This document shows positions 56,846 to 64,000 of a DNA stretch of 64,000 nt, piece by piece. Numbering within the stretch: the first letter of the stretch is position 1; each line of letters starts with the position of its first letter. The notes below the pieces were generated by a model. It had not been told where the DNA came from. It ran no database searches and saw only the letters and a list, made by a program, of their open reading frames with translations. Origin of the DNA: Eledone cirrhosa (lineage: Eukaryota); NCBI GenBank assembly GCA_964016885.1, contig OZ024741.1, positions 151,342,001-151,406,000 on the forward strand, in the 5' to 3' direction. Position numbers and translations under genes: made by a program.

Positions 56846-58263
56846 ATGTATATATATATATATAAATATATGTATACATATATATATTTGTGTGTGTGTG
56901 TATGTATATATATATATATATAAATATATGCATATATGTATACATATATATATTTGTGTGTGTATGTGTGTATGTATATATGTATGCATGCATGTATGTG
57001 TGTGTGTGCTCACGTATGTGTGTGTGTGTGTTTATGTGTATGTGTGTGTGTGTGTGTGTAGATATATATACTAGTTAATGCATCTAGGAACATAATGGAA
57101 AATATTTTTTTAAATATTGCAATGCACATACATCTAGAGACAGCATAGCAACAAATGTTAACAATATAATAATAACAACAAAGATAAAAGCGACAATAAT
57201 AAAAATGATAATAATAAACAGATTAAAAATATAATACAAATAATGTATATTTCCCCATATATATATCTAATCACTCAATATAACAAAATAACCCGAGAAT
57301 TTCTCTACTATTTTTTTAATTCTATTTTTCTGTCTTCAAGATTCCTCTTGAGAAAACACCTGTTTCTCTTATCGTTATTTCCTGTGATTTGCAACTTTTT
57401 TCTAGTGTTTCACAAATTGTTATATAATTGACGAGATTTTCGTCAATCATTTTGTATTTGGTTTATGTTTATTTCTATATGCGTGTGTGAGAAGGAGGCG
57501 ATTTTTTTGTTTGTCTGTTAACGGTGTATATTTATTGCGTACTCACAGGTAACCTGAATGTTTTGTGGTTATATATATATATTATATGGGGGGTGAGGGA
57601 GAGGGGAAGGCGAAAAAGGTGTCTCGGTGTGTTGAGTCTATTTAATATTGATGTGCTTAATGTTGCTGCTAGTGATGTTGCTGATGCTGTTGTCTACTAA
57701 TAGGTAACCTGCTTTTTTGCGAGTCTTTTATGTGTGTGCAAGTGAATGATAAAGAGATGGTTTTTTGTTTGTGTCTTTCTTGGGTCTGTTGTTGCTGTTG
57801 TTGATAATGTTCATGTTGTTGCTGTTGAAGTTATTGTTTAGGAACAGCTTACGTCATGCTTGTTTCAGCAGAACGTCCATAAGCAAAGACACTTCTGCAA
57901 TGACTATCTCGTACTCATCAAGTTCAAATTGAATAGCAATCATATTTCTAACATCAGCCGAGAATAACCTGCAGTTGTTATTAGCATAGTATATCACCCA
58001 TGCGGACAAACAATACGTTAGTAGCTCGATGTCTATAAAGTTCTTCTAATACTGTCATGTGATAATAAGGGAGGAGGTATTGTCTGTTTATCATGGATAA
58101 ATTTAATCTCATTAATTCTAACAGTTTTTCTTTGTAGAAAGTATTGGCTGTAATCAGTAATACGATGGTTATGTAACCCATAGATATCCATCACAACTTC
58201 CGTAATGGGAGTTTTAGTTTTATTTTGTAATCAAACAAAATATGTTGATGAATTGTATAATTA

Positions 58264-58380
<117 letters not shown>

Positions 58381-58383
58381 CGC

Positions 58384-58484
<101 letters not shown>

Positions 58485-59799
58485 GTATTTCCGTAGAAAA
58501 GGTAAAGGAAAGAACAAGATATATATATATATATACACACACACATATTTATATATATAAATATTTATATATGCATTTGTAAGCGTATATCTACGTGTGT
58601 GTTTGTATTAAATTTGACGATAGACATGAATTTGTTATACATTTATGCAGTTTTCTAAACTGTTAACATTATATTTTGGCATATGTTTACAATATTTACA
58701 GTTTCAGTGATCGTTATCATATGTTTACCTTTTGAATGTATGCATAATCACTCACCGGATTCGAACTAACAACCTTCTTGTCTAAATATGTATACGTGCC
58801 ACTTGCCAAATTGCTGCACCAATATTTAAAGTAGGATCCCGCCAGCTATGACCAACAAGATAGTCATTCGGCCTGCTAGAAATAGTTGCTAAATTCCAAG
58901 GAATCACAAGCTAGCTCTTTCGTTATCCTGTATATTTTGAGAAATACTGCCTATGATTTTTTTAGATAATGTAAAACAATAATCAGTAAATTGAAGAGAT
59001 TTGTCTAATATCACACCACAGCACAAAACATAATACATTATACAACACACCCCTATAATATATCATATAATACTATACCACACCATCACAATATAACTAA
59101 AAAACGCCTCACAGTACAGCGCATTGCAACACAACGTATGACAAGATACACTACACAACAACGCCCCAGAACATCATATCAAAACGCAACACATCACATG
59201 AACAACAACATCAACTGCAAAATATCAACGGCAACAAGATCAACAACAATATAATCATCATCAACAACAATATTAACAACAATAACAGTAACAGCCTCAA
59301 CAACTTCAACAAAAATAACACCAATAGCAGTAACATGGGCATCAGTGTCAACAGCACATCAAGGACACCACAACATCCTCAATGACATAAAACAACGATA
59401 AAACCAACACCAACATCGACATCATAAACAATATCTAAAACACCTGCAACATCAACAGCAACAATAACACCAACAACAACTTCATCATCAATACCAATCA
59501 ACTACAATGATAACAATAATAAATAAACATCAATTTAAATCTACAAAACCTTAAAAAAGCCAAGAGAGGTTTTGAGATATTTTCCAACGTTGCTAATGCT
59601 TTGGGGCTGTGACATGGCGGGAATTGTCAGCGTTCTAGCCATGACGTTGTCATCCTATCTATATAGCTATCCGGTTAAGCCCATTCAATTTTCTCATTGG
59701 GTCTTACAATCTGTCGATCTGCCCTGGCGCTAAATTAAACAACAGATTATAGGAACTGATAACTATGGCGGTAAAATATCTTGGAGAAAAAGAGAGATA

Positions 59800-60173
59800 G
59801 GTAGTGTGAGCAAGATGGAGAGAGAGAGAGAGAGAGAGGGGGGAGAGGGGGGAGAGAGGGAAAGAGAAAGAGTAAGAGGTTTTACAAGAAGGCCATAGAG
59901 AAAGAGCGACTAGAAGTAAAGAAACCGACAGCGAGTGAGATACAAAGGATTATAGACAGGGAGAAGGGAGAGGGGGAGAGGGGTGGGGAGAGAGAAAGGG
60001 AGATAAGGCGAAAGAAAGCGAGAGAGAGAGAGAGAGGCAGAGAGTAAGCCACAGAGAGTGACAGAGAGATTTTGAGAGATTATGAGTGAAAAAAAAACAT
60101 GAAAACACAGCAGAGAGGGACAGAGAGATACAGAAAGACAGCGAGAGAGAGAGAGGGAGAGAGAGAGAAAGAA

Positions 60174-60259
<86 letters not shown>

Positions 60260-60660
60260 TAAAGGTGGACAGACATTTCTGAGAATTAAGGAGAAGAGTC
60301 ATAGAAATAGAGACGACAATAACGAAATAAAGAAGGAGAGAAACAATTAAGAGAGAGAAAGAAAAAGAAGGGAGCTGGAGAGCAGGGACAGGAAGAACTT
60401 TACAGAGAAGAAGAAACACACGGACAGAGAGAGAGAGAGTGAGAGAGTAAGAAAGTAATAGAGATGCAGGTAAACAATGCATAGAGAAACTGAAAGTGTT
60501 GGAGAGTCAAGCGTATGTGAGAGAGGGCTGGAGAGGAAAGACGATATAAGGAGAGGTAGAGAAAAAGAAAGAGAAGGAGAGGGTGTGAGGGGTTGGGCAT
60601 TAGATTAATAGAAATACGAAGAAGTAGCGAGAGAGAAACAGAAAACGACAGACTATCAGT
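59800..60660. repeat. (GA)n microsatellite and polypurine tract
   Basis: Direct inspection. Confidence 0.9.
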
Positions 60661-60739
60661 CAAAATGAATTATAGAATACGTGCGTATATACATGTACAT
60701 GTGTATAATAATAATAATAATAATAATGAAATTATTGTG

Positions 60740-62160
60740 TACAATAGGGAAGCAAGGCGTTCAGAGTATGGTAGATGCCTGATGGAGGTTGCACGTCTCT
60801 GAACAGTTTCCAGGAGGTCAATGTTCTGAGCAAGATAGGGGTTCCAGACTGTTGATGTAAATTCCGAGTGTGGTCGCACCATAGCTATATACAGTTTTAA
60901 ATAGATAGCTGGAGAGCGGTTGACTAAGGTCTTGCTGAGTGATGCCAAGATACCCTCGGCCTTCTTGACAATTTTAGACGCAAATCGCTGCTGACAGTAA
61001 TGCCCAGTTCACGTCTACAAGAAGACTACTTGATATTACTGTTGAGGGGGGAGTATGTGGACGCTGAGCGTTTCCTCCCAAAATGCATGGTGGTACACTT
61101 GTCCACAGTTAGCTTGAGTTGCCAGTCCGTGATCCATTGCTGCATTGTGTCCAAGTCTGATTGGAGGAAAGATTTATAGTGTTCAGGATATGTCATATTT
61201 ATCTCATGGTACAGCTTAATATCATCTGCATATTTCAGCACTGTGGCATTCTTTAAGTTGGCATCTATGCCATTAATATATGCAACAAACAAAAGGGGAC
61301 CAAGAACAGATGCCTGAGGTACACCAGATGACATCTCATAGGGTGAAGAATGCTCTCCTAGAACCGTGACTACCTCTTTACGACTGAGAATGAAAAAGAT
61401 CATCTCTCACACCCATTGCAGAGAGTTTTGCCATAAGTCTTTTGCGTGGCACAGTATTAAAAGCTTCAGCAAAGTCAAGGTAAACCACATTCACCCATGA
61501 ACCGCCATCAGTGATCCGGCTGATGTCTTCAAGAAACTCGATAAGTTGATCACAGCAGCTGGAGTTAGGGATAAATCCAAATTGCGAGGGCCGGTTAAGG
61601 CTGTGATAATTTCAGAAACTCTAGAGTCTTTCTCTGACACAGGATTCCATAAGTTTCGCAATGCAGCTAGAAAGACTGACTGGGCGATTGTGGACATGCG
61701 ACGTGCGGTCACGCTTTCTGAACAGAGGAATGACACTGGCAGTTTTCCACTGCTCCGCAGTAGCACAGTTGTTAAGACAGAATTGAAAGAAGAGTGAACG
61801 CTGGTGCAGAAGGAAGTACCCACCACATTTGAGAAGCAGGTACGTATCACCATCAAGACAAGAACTCGTAAAGTTCAAGCCAGTTTGGGAGTTGTAGCTC
61901 GGTGCAGTAAGAGTTCCAGTGTGCTTTATTCCAATGAAAGCGAGCAGTTTGGAGATGGTTGTGGTTTTTGTTACTGCCCATAAGAAAACAGATTGGCAAT
62001 GATCATAGCATATCAGAGTCATCTAAAGATTCCTTAGTAATAACACTAAAAACCGTTTCAGAAGTAGTGGTGAAGAGTACATCCAATGTGTCGTCACCTC
62101 TTGTTGGGGAGGTGACTACTTGGGACCAGTTCGAGTCCAGCACTAGCTGTATATCAGACT
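60740..62160 (-). mobile_element. CR1-type LINE RT, frameshifted
   Basis: WKTASVIPLF, RPVSLSSCIAKLME, SGVPQASVLGPLLF, YADD, LYIAMVRPH..VWNP..LETVQRRAT. Confidence 0.9.
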
Positions 62161-62278
62161 ATTTCAATGTATGCTTCCTTCATATATCTGTGTATGTGTT
62201 TATATATCTATATATATATATTATATACACATACGAATAAAACAGTTCTAGTCCTGTAGAAGTTATTTATATATTAAA

Positions 62279-62331
<53 letters not shown>

Positions 62332-62334
62332 GTA

Positions 62335-62455
62335 AAAGGTAAACAGAAATAACAACACAATCGGTACAGTATATGGAAGGGATATATTAGGTAAGCGCTT
62401 GATATAGCAGGAAGGGGGTCTTAACGTTTCGGACGCTAGTCTTTCATTAGAAGAA
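62335..62455 (-). mobile_element. Poseidon-type pLTR fragment with decayed HHR (inverted homologue at ~56703-56770; similar motif at ~16320-16350)
   Basis: Minus strand: CTAATGA-AAGAC TAGC GTCC-GAAACGTTAA. Confidence 0.55.
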
Positions 62456-62578
62456 AGAATGAGAAATAAGATAGATTGAGGGGGCGGGCGGGATGGAATT
62501 TGAAAAAAACTCTTTAGATAAAAGTAAGTAACAGGTCCATTTATGTTGACATCTCTTGCAAAACTGTTGGTGCTGGCG

Positions 62579-62627
<49 letters not shown>

Positions 62628-62944
62628 AACGAGTAGGACCCCGACGGCTGAGCTCTATATATATATATAATGTTTTGTGTGCGAGTGTTTATGTTAGGAG
62701 TTTGCTAGTGTTCTTGTGTGCATCAGTGTATGTGTGACTGTGTGTGTGTATGCGTGTGTGTATGTATGTATGTCTATGTGTGTGTGTATGTGTGCACGCG
62801 CGTGTGTTTGTGTGTATGTATAGCTGTTACGTCATTGCTGTTCCTTTAGCAACGAGACGATTCCACTGCTGTGTTAAGAGATAGCAAATTGAATAGCATT
62901 CATAAGCCGACATTACGGTATTGTTTAACATGACAGATTGACTT

Positions 62945-63210
62945 TCATACAATCACATATAGTCACATATAGTCACATATAGTGAAGTGTTGCATCATAC
63001 AGTCACATAGACTCTCATATAATCACATACAATCTCACACAGTTACATACAGTCACATATTTTCACATACAGCCTCATATAGTTGCTTACAGTAACAACA
63101 AGTCACACATAATCGCTTAATGTTACATATAGTCTCATGTAGTCATATACAGTTTCAGACAGTCACATACAGTCTCGAAATATCACATGCAGTCACACAC
63201 AGCCACATTT
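62945..63210. repeat. 10-bp minisatellite (AGTCACATAY)n
   Basis: About 25 degenerate copies. Confidence 0.85.
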
Positions 63211-63397
63211 AATTACACACGTACTATATAGAATCAAGATTAGAAGGTCATTGGGGGGTCCAACCCTTTTACTTTGTTTTGCTGATTCTACCTGAGAATA
63301 AGGTTAATGATTCACCTTTCTGTGAAATATTCGGCTATTTTACAAGCTAATTTCATTATCATCATCATGATAATCTGCATATATATACACACACACA

Positions 63398-63497
<100 letters not shown>

Positions 63498-63541
63498 TGT
63501 ATACATATATATATATATATATTGTTATACTTGGGGAGGGA

Positions 63542-63907
63542 CATATTGTTGTAATAATATTGCCAGAAATAATAACAGAACCCACTCACTGTTTGGTTGG
63601 TTTTCGCTTCTGTTTCATTTATATGTCCATAGTTAATTTATTTGGCAATCAATGTTTATCATTGATTGACCAACGGTTAAAAATACAGATATAAATATAT
63701 ATATATAGTCTATCAAAGTTCTTTCGTTGCGCATCTGCAACATCATCAAAGAACTTTGATAGACTATATACATATATATTTATATCTGTATTTTTAACCG
63801 TTGTCAAATAAATTAACTATGGAGATATAAAAGATACAGAAGCGAAAACCAACCAAACAGTGAGTGTGTTCTGTTATTATTTCTGGCAATATTATTACAA
63901 CAATATG
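63542..63907. mobile_element. Fold-back element with HHR-like motif at the axis (partial homologue at ~21825-21985)
   Basis: ~175-bp arms; at the axis on the minus strand TTGATGA-TGTTGC AGATGC GCAAC-GAAAG AA CTT. Confidence 0.75.
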
Positions 63908-64000
63908 CGGTGGATTGGCAGTATCGGTAGAGGGTCGGATGCCATGCTTTCCAGCATAGTTACGTCCCTTACGGTCTGAGTTCAAATCTCGCCGAGGTTA
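63907..64000 (+). mobile_element. tRNA SINE (same family as 14752), runs off the window
   Basis: gcggtggattggcagtatcggtagagggtcgga..gagttcaaatc. Confidence 0.85.

Noticed and set aside
59910-60663. Leu/Ser-rich or Arg/Glu-rich ORFs
   Set aside because: Translation of the (GA)n/polypurine tract
62945-63210. CRISPR-like periodic array
   Set aside because: 10-bp tandem minisatellite with no unique spacers, eukaryotic context and no cas genes

Overview
Eukaryotic, AT-rich, repeat-dominated DNA, most likely intronic or intergenic cephalopod (Octopus-like) sequence. That assignment is inferred from the SINE/LINE families and the extreme (TA)n/(CA)n/(TATG)n density. No host protein-coding gene can be supported, and almost all long ORFs in the track are microsatellite artefacts. 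Real coding remnants are all retrotransposon fragments: RTE/BovB, CR1-type, R4/Dong-type (RLE) and Penelope-like (PLE) RT/GIY-YIG pieces. There are also tRNA-derived SINEs and hAT and mariner MITEs. The most striking signal is a dense population (roughly 25 recognisable motifs from about 10 or more apparently unrelated sequence families) of type I hammerhead-ribozyme (HHR) motifs. Most lie in 130-950 bp fold-back (inverted-repeat) mini-elements sitting in (TA)n tracts, which look like non-autonomous PLE pseudo-LTR / retrozyme-like elements. They include a tandem two-ribozyme unit that would release a 324-nt RNA, repeated U3-A8 compensatory core variants, HHRs with greatly enlarged stem II, a 3' motif shared across families, and junctions suggesting cDNA fold-back and copying of flanking DNA. 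All structures were read by eye and none was computed or tested.
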